From: a bacterium | GTDB lineage: Bacteria > Patescibacteriota > Saccharimonadia > Saccharimonadales > Saccharimonadaceae | NCBI GenBank assembly: GCA_043743855.1 | Contig: JAYTVU010000050.1 | Location: 1 to 46,953, forward strand | Length of the DNA: 46,953 bases | Direction: 5' to 3' | In this document: positions 8,259 to 15,503 of the stretch, piece after piece | How the letters are laid out: every line of letters begins with the position of its first letter | Position numbering within the stretch: the first letter of the stretch is position 1 | Notes under the pieces: generated by a model | What the model was told of the DNA's origin: nothing | Databases searched by the model: none | The model's input: the letters and a program-made list of their open reading frames with translations, nothing else | Made by a program: the position numbers and the translations under genes

Positions 8259-9716
8259 ATGAACGATCCAGGTCTCAAGATAAAACAGCAGATAATTGAG
8301 AAAATCAAAAGCTCAACAAATATTCTCGTGGCTGTTAGTCGCGACCCGTCTGTTGACGAATTGTCGGCGGCCTTAGGCTTGACAGCAATTTTAAACAAAC
8401 TTGGCAAGCATGCCACAGCAATCTTTAGTGGAGCCATACCACCAGCAATTACTTTTTTAGAGCCTGACAAGATCTTTGAAAACACTGCTGATAGTCTGCG
8501 AGACTTCATTATTGCTCTGGACAAGGAAAAAGCCGATCACTTGCGTTATAAAGTCGAAGGTGACGTTGTAAAAATATTTATTACTCCTTATCGCACAACT
8601 ATCACAAGTGACGACTTGCACTTTAGCCAGGGCGACTTTAACATCGAATTAGTGCTGGCTTTAGGCGTCGACAACCAAGAACATTTAGATACTGCTATAA
8701 CAGCTCATGGGCAAATAATGAGCGATGTAACGATTGTCACGCTTAGTGCAGGTGAGCAGTCAAGTCAGTTGGGTAGCGTTGATTGGCGGGATCAAAGTGC
8801 CAGTTGTTTGAGCGAAATGATAGCGATTGCAAGTGAGGATTTGAAAACTGATAAAACATTGCTAGATAAACAAATATCGACAGCTTTACTAACGGGCATT
8901 GTTTCTGCGACTGACCGATTTAGTAATCCATTAACTTCATCTCGTGTCATGTCTATCGCTGCTCAATTAATGGCTGCCGGGGCTGACCAACAGTTGATTG
9001 CTGCCAAATTACAAGAATCACACGAAATCGATTCATTACCAAGCCAATCACTAGATAAAAAGTCAGCTGTTCCAACAGTAAATGAAGTTCTAGCCGAGTT
9101 GAGGGAAGAGGACGAAGTAGCCTCAAATTCTGATAACCTTGTTATTTCGCATGACACATTACCAGAACCAATCCAGCGAGTCGAGCCAGTCCAAGCCCGA
9201 ACAGTGATACCTGCACCAGAAGAGCCAATTGCTTTGCAGAGTTTGCCACTACCGCCAAAGTTGGAAGAAAACTTAGAAACAAAACCAAATACGGTTGGTG
9301 CAAAGTCAGAGTTAGCCGAGGAACCGCTATTGGGTGGCATATTGAATGCAACTTCTGATCAAGCTGCCGAAGACGCTAGAAAAGAGCTTGAGGATATGCA
9401 AAATAAGACAATTCTTTCGCATTCATATCTTGGAAGTGGTGATCTAAAAGACACTGCACCTATAAACAGTTCAATTATAGCTGATGAAACTAAAAATATT
9501 GATATTTTCTCTGAGGTGCCAGAGTCGTCACCGGACAAGTCAACGGCGATTGATTTACCGTTGCCACCACCACCTCCGTTACCTGATTTTTCGACTTTGT
9601 CGCCAGCTTCAACTTTGCCCGAGATGAGTGAATCAACATCTACTGAATTGCCATCGACTTCAACTTTGCCACCTAATTTAAATGATCCAACCCAGTTCAA
9701 GATACCCGGCCAGTAG
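8259..9716 (+). CDS. DHH/NrnA-like fold protein with degenerate catalytic motifs and a Pro/Ser/Thr-rich disordered C-terminal half
   Basis: The N-terminal 200 aa are collinear with NrnA-type DHH proteins (ILVAVSRDPSVDELSAALGL, LALGVDNQEHLD). The DxD and DHH positions are substituted. The C-terminus contains LPLPPPPPLPDF. Confidence 0.55.
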   Translation: MNDPGLKIKQQIIEKIKSSTNILVAVSRDPSVDELSAALGLTAILNKLGKHATAIFSGAIPPAITFLEPDKIFENTADSLRDFIIALDKEKADHLRYKVEGDVVKIFITPYRTTITSDDLHFSQGDFNIELVLALGVDNQEHLDTAITAHGQIMSDVTIVTLSAGEQSSQLGSVDWRDQSASCLSEMIAIASEDLKTDKTLLDKQISTALLTGIVSATDRFSNPLTSSRVMSIAAQLMAAGADQQLIAAKLQESHEIDSLPSQSLDKKSAVPTVNEVLAELREEDEVASNSDNLVISHDTLPEPIQRVEPVQARTVIPAPEEPIALQSLPLPPKLEENLETKPNTVGAKSELAEEPLLGGILNATSDQAAEDARKELEDMQNKTILSHSYLGSGDLKDTAPINSSIIADETKNIDIFSEVPESSPDKSTAIDLPLPPPPPLPDFSTLSPASTLPEMSESTSTELPSTSTLPPNLNDPTQFKIPGQ

Positions 9717-9729
9717 TAACTAGCCAGAC

Positions 9730-9738
9730 TGTTATAAT
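9730..9738 (+). promoter_or_regulatory. Extended -10 TGtTATAAT 8 nt upstream of the truB ATG
   Basis: The sequence reads TGTTATAAT-taacttat-ATG(9747), with no SD. Confidence 0.5.
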
Positions 9739-9746
9739 TAACTTAT

Positions 9747-10415
9747 ATGAATGACGGGATCTTATTGATTGATAAGCCGGCTGGTATGACCAGCTTTGGT
9801 GTGGTTGCTCGTGTGCGTCGTGTGTTATCTGAAAAACGTGGTAAAAAGGTTAAAGTTGGACATACTGGCACTCTCGATCCTTTCGCAACTGGGTTGATGA
9901 TAATTATTGTAGGCAAAGAGTGCAAAAATGCTAGTTTATATAGCAAATTGGATAAAGTATACGAGGCGACAATTCATCTGGGCCAAACTAGTACGACAGG
10001 CGACCCAGAAGGTGACTTAACAGTAGTTTCTAATAATGTACCAACTCAAACAGAAGTCAATGATGTCATATCTAATTTCAAGGGTGAAATTACTCAAAGA
10101 CCGCCGATATACAGCGCTATCAAGGTAGATGGACAACGTGCCTACAAGTTGGCTCGTGCTGGCAAGCCAGTTGAAATACCCGAAAGGCAAGTAACTGTAC
10201 ATAGCCTAGATTTGCAAAGTTATAATTATCCAGATATTACTATCCGAGCTCATGTTAGTAGTGGGACATACATAAGGACCCTAGCCGAAGATATTGGTAT
10301 AAAACTTGGAACTGGCGCGTATTGTAGTCAATTGCGACGTACAGAGATTAATAAGTGGCAGGTCAAGGATGCGCAGAACCTAGATTTGTTCATGTCAACC
10401 AATAGCAACCCATAA
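9747..10415 (+). CDS. truB: tRNA pseudouridine(55) synthase (short form without a PUA domain)
   Basis: GILLIDKPAGMTS and the catalytic-Asp motif GHTGTLDPFATG are present. The product is 222 aa. Confidence 0.93.
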   Translation: MNDGILLIDKPAGMTSFGVVARVRRVLSEKRGKKVKVGHTGTLDPFATGLMIIIVGKECKNASLYSKLDKVYEATIHLGQTSTTGDPEGDLTVVSNNVPTQTEVNDVISNFKGEITQRPPIYSAIKVDGQRAYKLARAGKPVEIPERQVTVHSLDLQSYNYPDITIRAHVSSGTYIRTLAEDIGIKLGTGAYCSQLRRTEINKWQVKDAQNLDLFMSTNSNP

Positions 10416-10458
10416 TTGTGCTACCAACTAACTGTTTTGCCATATAGTTATTAAGGTG

Positions 10459-10487
10459 TTGAAACTATCAACAAACTTTGCTACAAT
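10459..10487 (+). promoter_or_regulatory. Sigma-70 promoter TTGAAA-17 nt-TGcTACAAT
   Basis: The -35 box is at 10459-10464 and the -10 at 10482-10487, preceded by TGc. The rpsO ATG lies 9 nt downstream. Confidence 0.6.
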
Positions 10488-10496
10488 ATACACTTA

Positions 10497-10763
10497 ATGA
10501 TTACAGCGGATAACAAAGCCAAAGCTTTTGCTTTGACACAAACCCACAAAACCGACGTTGGTAGCTCACAAGCCCAAGCGTCAGTCTTAACGACTCGCAT
10601 CAAAGAAATAACCGAACACCTAAAGGTCAATAAGCATGATCATATGGCACGTCGCGGTCTAATTCAGATGGTAGGTAGGCGCAAGAAATTGTTTAAATAT
10701 CTTGAAGCCAAAGATTTCGACGGCTATAAGAAAACCGTTGCAACACTAAAACTCCGCAAATAA
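10497..10763 (+). CDS. rpsO: 30S ribosomal protein S15
   Basis: The 88-aa product carries S15 signatures (GSSQAQASVLTTRIKEITEHLKVNKHDHMARRGL). Confidence 0.95.
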   Translation: MITADNKAKAFALTQTHKTDVGSSQAQASVLTTRIKEITEHLKVNKHDHMARRGLIQMVGRRKKLFKYLEAKDFDGYKKTVATLKLRK

Positions 10764-10775
10764 GCGGAGTTTTTT
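10752..10775 (+). terminator. Rho-independent terminator overlapping the rpsO stop codon
   Basis: The stem is CTCCGC/GCGGAG with loop AAATAA (which contains the TAA stop), followed by TTTTTT. Confidence 0.75.
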
Positions 10776-10783
10776 AATTATCT

Positions 10784-10792
10784 TGCTAAAAT
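10784..10792 (+). promoter_or_regulatory. Extended -10 TGcTAAAAT 6 nt upstream of the ATG at 10799
   Basis: The sequence reads TGCTAAAAT-agattc-ATG, with no SD. Confidence 0.5.
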
Positions 10793-10798
10793 AGATTC

Positions 10799-12565
10799 AT
10801 GAAACGTCTATGTTCGTTATTTCTATTTGTAACCTTAGCGTCATTATTAATAATAGGCTTATCACCAAATTGGGCCTATGCCAGCGTCAATGACTTTAAT
10901 TTTAGTTCATTCAAGGCTGATTACTATTTGTCAAAAGATAGTAATGGACATTCGACGATGAAAGTTGTCGAGAAGTTAACAGCAGAATTTGTAAATAACA
11001 ACCAGAACCACGGCATCGAGAGGGTTATACCGCGATATTATGATGGTCATCTGGTTGGCTTTCGTTTCGAATCAATGCAACGAAATGGACTCACTGAACC
11101 GATTTTTGAACAGCGTCAAGAATCACAATTTACGGTCATTTCGACAAAAAGAAACGACTATGTTAACGGCACTCAAGAATACACATTTACATATACGCTG
11201 ACAGATGTAACCAAAGATTTCGGTAATCATCAAGAGCTATATTGGGATACAAATGGAACAGGTTGGAGCCAAAGTTTCGGTTTGGTGCATGCGGCTGTTC
11301 ATCTAGACAAATCAATTCTAAAAGATTTTACAGGGTCAGTATCTTGTTACGAAGGTGTTGAAGGTTCGAAGAAAAAATGTTCGCGTCTATCGAATGATGA
11401 TTCTGTCTTGTTTAGTTCTACCGGAAAGTTAAACGCCGGCGAAAACCTTACGTTTGATTTAAGCTTTAAGACCGGTACTTTCATCAACTATCAGATGACG
11501 TTTTTTGATTACGTTCCTTATGTATTAGCCGCCCTGTCACTATGTCTTTTTGTGTTGATGATATTTATAAAGCTCAAATATGGTAGAAATTATCCTGGCA
11601 AAGGCACTATTATCGCAGAATATACCCCACCAGAAAATATTTCGATTTTACTGGCGGCTGATATATCAGATAATTCAGCTAGATCGGCAACCGCGCAGCT
11701 ACTAGATTTGGCAGTAAGAAAAAAGATAAGAATAATCGAATCCGATAATAATAGTTTTGGCATATTTAAATCCAAAGAATATAGTTTGGAACTAGTAAAT
11801 GTTGATCACTTGGATAGTGATGAATCAAGTTTGATTAGGATATTTTTCGGAGGTTTGGTTGTCGGTGCTAAATACACTTTAAAAAGACAGGATACTTCAA
11901 AAGCAATCGCTTTAAGTGCGCTGTTTTTGACTGTTGGTAAAAAATCTCAAGACAATGGTTATCGCAAGAATCAGAAGGGGATTACTATAATTCAGTCTTT
12001 AATGCTATTAGGTGTCTATGGGTGTTTGATATTTGCGTATACATCAGGTGGCGGTGGAATTAATGGAATTATGGCGTTTATGGAGTTCGTGCTATTTATA
12101 GTATCAATCTTGTCTATCACATTCTTTAAGCTTTTGTTGCTTAAACCACTTACCCAAAAAGGTCGCACCGTTTATGATTATCTCCAGGGACTAAAGCTGT
12201 ATATAAAGATGGCCGAAGTTGACCGATTGAAATTTTTACAAAGTCCAGACGGGGCGTTAAAAGAAAGTATTGATATCAATGATTCCTCACAACTTGTGGT
12301 CTTGTATGAACGACTTCTACCGTATGCGGTTTTATTTGGTCAGGAAAAAGAGTGGTTGAAGCAACTCGGTAAGTACTATGAGGTAAATAACGCCAGTCCG
12401 TATTGGTATAGTGGCAACGGTAGTTTTAACGCGGCAGTCTTTGCCTCGTCAGTTAGTAGTTTCTCTTCTTATGCCAACTCGGGTTCATTCAGCTCCAGCA
12501 GTGGCGCTGGCGGTGGCGGATCTTCAGGCGGTGGCGGCGGCGGTGGTGGCGGCGGTGGCGTCTAA
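10799..12565 (+). CDS. DUF2207-family membrane protein with a Gly-rich C-terminal tail
   Basis: It has a signal or anchor sequence and an extracellular N-terminal domain (FKADYYLSKDSNGHSTMKVVEKLTAEF...HGIERVIP). Several TM helices follow, and it ends in SSGGGGGGGGGGGV, as is typical of DUF2207 proteins. Confidence 0.7.
   Translation: MKRLCSLFLFVTLASLLIIGLSPNWAYASVNDFNFSSFKADYYLSKDSNGHSTMKVVEKLTAEFVNNNQNHGIERVIPRYYDGHLVGFRFESMQRNGLTEPIFEQRQESQFTVISTKRNDYVNGTQEYTFTYTLTDVTKDFGNHQELYWDTNGTGWSQSFGLVHAAVHLDKSILKDFTGSVSCYEGVEGSKKKCSRLSNDDSVLFSSTGKLNAGENLTFDLSFKTGTFINYQMTFFDYVPYVLAALSLCLFVLMIFIKLKYGRNYPGKGTIIAEYTPPENISILLAADISDNSARSATAQLLDLAVRKKIRIIESDNNSFGIFKSKEYSLELVNVDHLDSDESSLIRIFFGGLVVGAKYTLKRQDTSKAIALSALFLTVGKKSQDNGYRKNQKGITIIQSLMLLGVYGCLIFAYTSGGGGINGIMAFMEFVLFIVSILSITFFKLLLLKPLTQKGRTVYDYLQGLKLYIKMAEVDRLKFLQSPDGALKESIDINDSSQLVVLYERLLPYAVLFGQEKEWLKQLGKYYEVNNASPYWYSGNGSFNAAVFASSVSSFSSYANSGSFSSSSGAGGGGSSGGGGGGGGGGGV
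12503..12559 (+). repeat. GGY-codon simple repeat encoding the poly-Gly tail
   Basis: The tract is ggc gct ggc ggt ggc gga tct tca followed by 11 consecutive GGC/GGT codons. Confidence 0.8.
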
Positions 12566-12585
12566 GATTATTTTTCTAACATCCA

Positions 12586-12594
12586 TGCTATAAT
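12586..12594 (+). promoter_or_regulatory. Extended -10 TGcTATAAT for pnp
   Basis: TGCTATAAT starts 21 nt after the upstream stop codon and about 130 nt upstream of the pnp ATG. Confidence 0.5.
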
Positions 12595-12725
12595 ATTGAT
12601 AACACACGCTGGGGCGGACAAGTGGTGGATAGAGTGATTTGCCTTGAATGCAAATTTCTGTACCCGTTACTTATTCGCTAAAACAATAAAATAAAGCGAC
12701 GTGTATAGAAATAAGGAGGACATTT
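12595..12725 (+). promoter_or_regulatory. Long structured 5' leader of pnp with a strong SD
   Basis: A hairpin ATTTGC(12637-12642)/GCAAAT(12650-12655) is present. ACACG (12604-12608) is complementary to CGTGT (12700-12704). AAGGAGG lies at 12713-12719. Confidence 0.4.
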
Positions 12726-14837
12726 ATGTCTACTATCAACCCTAATGGTAAGGATATTTTTTCAGTTACGACCGATTTTTGTGGTCGGCAGTTGAAGCTT
12801 GAAGTTAATCGTGTTGGTTTTCGTTCAACCGCTAGCGTTCTGGTCACTTACGGTGACACTGTCGTGCTAGGAACAGCCATGGTTGGTAGTCGCCCAGTTA
12901 TGATGGATTATTTCCCACTAAGTATTGATTATGAAGAAAAGTTTTATGCAGCTGGAAAAATTTCCGGTAGTCGATTCGTTAAACGCGAAGGTCGCCCCAG
13001 CGATGAAGCCATTCTAATCGGTCGATTGATTGATCGCCCAATCAGACCACTATTTCCTAAAGGTTATCGTCAAGAAGTTCAAGTCGTCTCGAGCGTACTA
13101 TCGATGGACCCAAGCTTCCGACCAGATGTGATTGCTATGATTGCTTCTAGCGCCGCTTTAATGCTTACTGGTACACCGTTCGATGGACCGGTTTCTGGAA
13201 TTCGTGTGGGTAGAGTTAATGGTGAATTCAAAGCCTTCTTAACCAGCGAAGAGCGTAAAAATAGCGATCTTGACCTAGTTGTTGCCGGTATTGAGACTGG
13301 TATCACTATGGTTGAAGCCGGTGCCAACGAAGTTAGTGAAGAAGTTGTCGCCGAAGCACTAGCTTGGGCTTTCGAGGCTTATCAGCCAGCTATCAAACTA
13401 CAACAGGAACTAACGAAAAAAATTGCACCAGTTGCCCAGGAATATCAATTAATTCTGCCAAATGAAGAAATTCAAACTGCCGTAAACGTTTGGGTTGATG
13501 GAAAACTTGGGGATGCTTTACGTAAACCATATCCAGAACGCAACGAGTTGGTATCAACTTTACGTTGGGAATTCCACAAACTTATGGCTGAGAAACTCGG
13601 AGACGATGAGTATGCCAAACTTCATGATGAATATGATGAAGCCTTTACTAGTGCGCTTCACAAAGATGTTCGCAAGGGGATTATTGAAAAAGGTGTTCGA
13701 CCGGATGGACGAAAACTCGACGAAGTCAGACAACTGTCTTCAGAAGTCGGTGTTTTGCCTCGAACTCACGGTTCAAGTATCTTTACTCGCGGTTTAACCC
13801 AGGCCATGAATATTGTTACATTGGCTCCACTTAGTTACTCTCAGATGACTGATACCATGGAAGTCACCGAAGGTGAACGAACTTACATGCACCACTTTAA
13901 TGCCCCAGGCTTTACAGTTGGTGAAGTGCGCCGTCTTAGTGGCCCTGGCAGGCGCGAAATTGGACATGGTTTCTTGGCAGAACGTGCCCTAACAGCAGTC
14001 TTACCAGCCCGCGAAGATTTTCCATACGCTATCCGTAGCGTTACCGAAATTATGAGCCAAAACGGCTCAACCTCGATGGCTGCGACTTGCAGTAGTTGTT
14101 TAGCACTGATGGATGCTGGAGTGCCAATCAAAGCTCCAGTTTCTGGTATCGCCATGGGCCTAATGGTGGATGGTGACAAAACATACGTTCTATCTGATAT
14201 TGCAGATGCTGAAGATTTCGCTGGTGATATGGATTTCAAGGTTACTGGCACCGAGTCTGGTATCACAGCGATTCAAATGGATATGAAAGTCCACGGTTTG
14301 CCAGTAAAGACATTAGCCGAAGCTTTGACCAAGGCAAAATCTGGACGTGCCTTTATCTTGAAACATATGTTAGAGACATTGTCAGCACCACGTCCAGCCC
14401 TCAGCAAATTCGCTCCACGTATCGAAAAAATTCAGATTAATCCTGACAAAATCGGTGCTGTTATTGGTAAAGGTGGCGATGTTATTAAAAAGATTACGGC
14501 TGAAACTGGTGCCCAGATCGATATTGCCGAAGATGGCCTAATTACAGTTGCCGCTGTTGATACAGCTGCTATTGAAAAAGCCATGAACTGGATTAAGAGT
14601 CTAACCGAGGAACCAGAAGTCGGCAATACCTACGAAGGTAAAGTCGTCAGCATCAAAGATTTTGGTGCATTCGTTAACATCATGCCAGGAATTGATGGTA
14701 TGGTTCATATTAGTGAACTTTCGAATGAACGTGTCGAACGAGTAACTGATGTCCTGAAAGAAGGTCAAATCGTTAAGGTTAAAGTTATGGGTATTGACGA
14801 ACGCGGCCGCATCAGCCTCAGCATCAAAAACGCCTAA
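12726..14837 (+). CDS. pnp: Polyribonucleotide nucleotidyltransferase (PNPase)
   Basis: The 703-aa product has two RNase PH domains, a KH domain (GAVIGKGGDVIKKI) and a C-terminal S1 domain (GKVVSIKDFGAFVNI...GMVHISEL). Confidence 0.97.
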   Translation: MSTINPNGKDIFSVTTDFCGRQLKLEVNRVGFRSTASVLVTYGDTVVLGTAMVGSRPVMMDYFPLSIDYEEKFYAAGKISGSRFVKREGRPSDEAILIGRLIDRPIRPLFPKGYRQEVQVVSSVLSMDPSFRPDVIAMIASSAALMLTGTPFDGPVSGIRVGRVNGEFKAFLTSEERKNSDLDLVVAGIETGITMVEAGANEVSEEVVAEALAWAFEAYQPAIKLQQELTKKIAPVAQEYQLILPNEEIQTAVNVWVDGKLGDALRKPYPERNELVSTLRWEFHKLMAEKLGDDEYAKLHDEYDEAFTSALHKDVRKGIIEKGVRPDGRKLDEVRQLSSEVGVLPRTHGSSIFTRGLTQAMNIVTLAPLSYSQMTDTMEVTEGERTYMHHFNAPGFTVGEVRRLSGPGRREIGHGFLAERALTAVLPAREDFPYAIRSVTEIMSQNGSTSMAATCSSCLALMDAGVPIKAPVSGIAMGLMVDGDKTYVLSDIADAEDFAGDMDFKVTGTESGITAIQMDMKVHGLPVKTLAEALTKAKSGRAFILKHMLETLSAPRPALSKFAPRIEKIQINPDKIGAVIGKGGDVIKKITAETGAQIDIAEDGLITVAAVDTAAIEKAMNWIKSLTEEPEVGNTYEGKVVSIKDFGAFVNIMPGIDGMVHISELSNERVERVTDVLKEGQIVKVKVMGIDERGRISLSIKNA

Positions 14838-14840
14838 ACC

Positions 14841-14869
14841 TTGAATATTTAACAGATTAGTGCTATACT
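14841..14869 (+). promoter_or_regulatory. Sigma-70 promoter TTGAAT-17 nt-TGcTATACT
   Basis: The -35 box is at 14841-14846 and the -10 at 14864-14869, preceded by TGc, upstream of the UDG gene. Confidence 0.6.
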
Positions 14870-14904
14870 GAAGGTAACTAAACGTAGTCTTGTAATAAGG
14901 TAAA

Positions 14905-15501
14905 GTGAAAAAGAAACAAATACTTCTTGAACAGATTAAGGCAGATATTATAAACAATAATATCTGCCCAGATTTGGCACGAGAAGCCAAGAACCTTGTA
15001 ATGGGCGACGGTAATGTTAACGCTGAAATAGTATTTATCGGTGAAGCACCAGGCAAAAATGAGGATGAAATCGGTTTGCCCTTCGTAGGCGCTGCCGGCA
15101 AGTTCCTTGACGAGATGCTAGGGTCTGCCCGGATAAAACGTAGCAACGTATACATCACCAACATCGTTAAATATCGACCACCTAACAATCGTGATCCTTT
15201 GCCGGAAGAGAAAAAGGCCATGTGGCCATACTTGGTGCGTCAGCTGGATGTCATTAGACCAACAATCGTAGTGACATTAGGCAGACATAGCATGGAATAT
15301 TTTCTTCCGGGATCAAAAATTAGCCAGGTTCACGGTCAGCCAAAACGGATTCCGTTTGGGGATATAAAATTAGTAGTCGTACCTCTGTATCATCCGGCCG
15401 CAGCACTATATAACGGCGGAATGCGGGCGACACTAATCGAAGATTTTATTAAGTTACCAAAAATAATAACTCTTGTTAATAAAGAGAAGGAGAATACATA
15501 A
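14905..15501 (+). CDS. Uracil-DNA glycosylase, family 4-like
   Basis: Motif A is GEAPGKNEDEIGLPFVGAAGKFLD and motif B is the HPAA region (LYHPAAALYN). The start is GTG. The whole protein has only one Cys. Confidence 0.85.
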   Translation: MKKKQILLEQIKADIINNNICPDLAREAKNLVMGDGNVNAEIVFIGEAPGKNEDEIGLPFVGAAGKFLDEMLGSARIKRSNVYITNIVKYRPPNNRDPLPEEKKAMWPYLVRQLDVIRPTIVVTLGRHSMEYFLPGSKISQVHGQPKRIPFGDIKLVVVPLYHPAAALYNGGMRATLIEDFIKLPKIITLVNKEKENT

Positions 15502-15503
15502 AT

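Noticed and set aside
12411-12593. An alternative-frame 60-aa ORF across the GGY repeat at the DUF2207 3' end.
   Set aside because: It is produced only by the repetitive GGC/GGT tract read out of frame (poly-Ala/Val). It has no independent start signals.
14601-15221. A 206-aa ORF on the minus strand spanning the pnp 3' end, the intergenic region and the UDG 5' end.
   Set aside because: It lies antisense to two strongly conserved plus-strand genes and crosses their promoter region. Its product is low-complexity with no recognisable motif. This is a typical shadow ORF.
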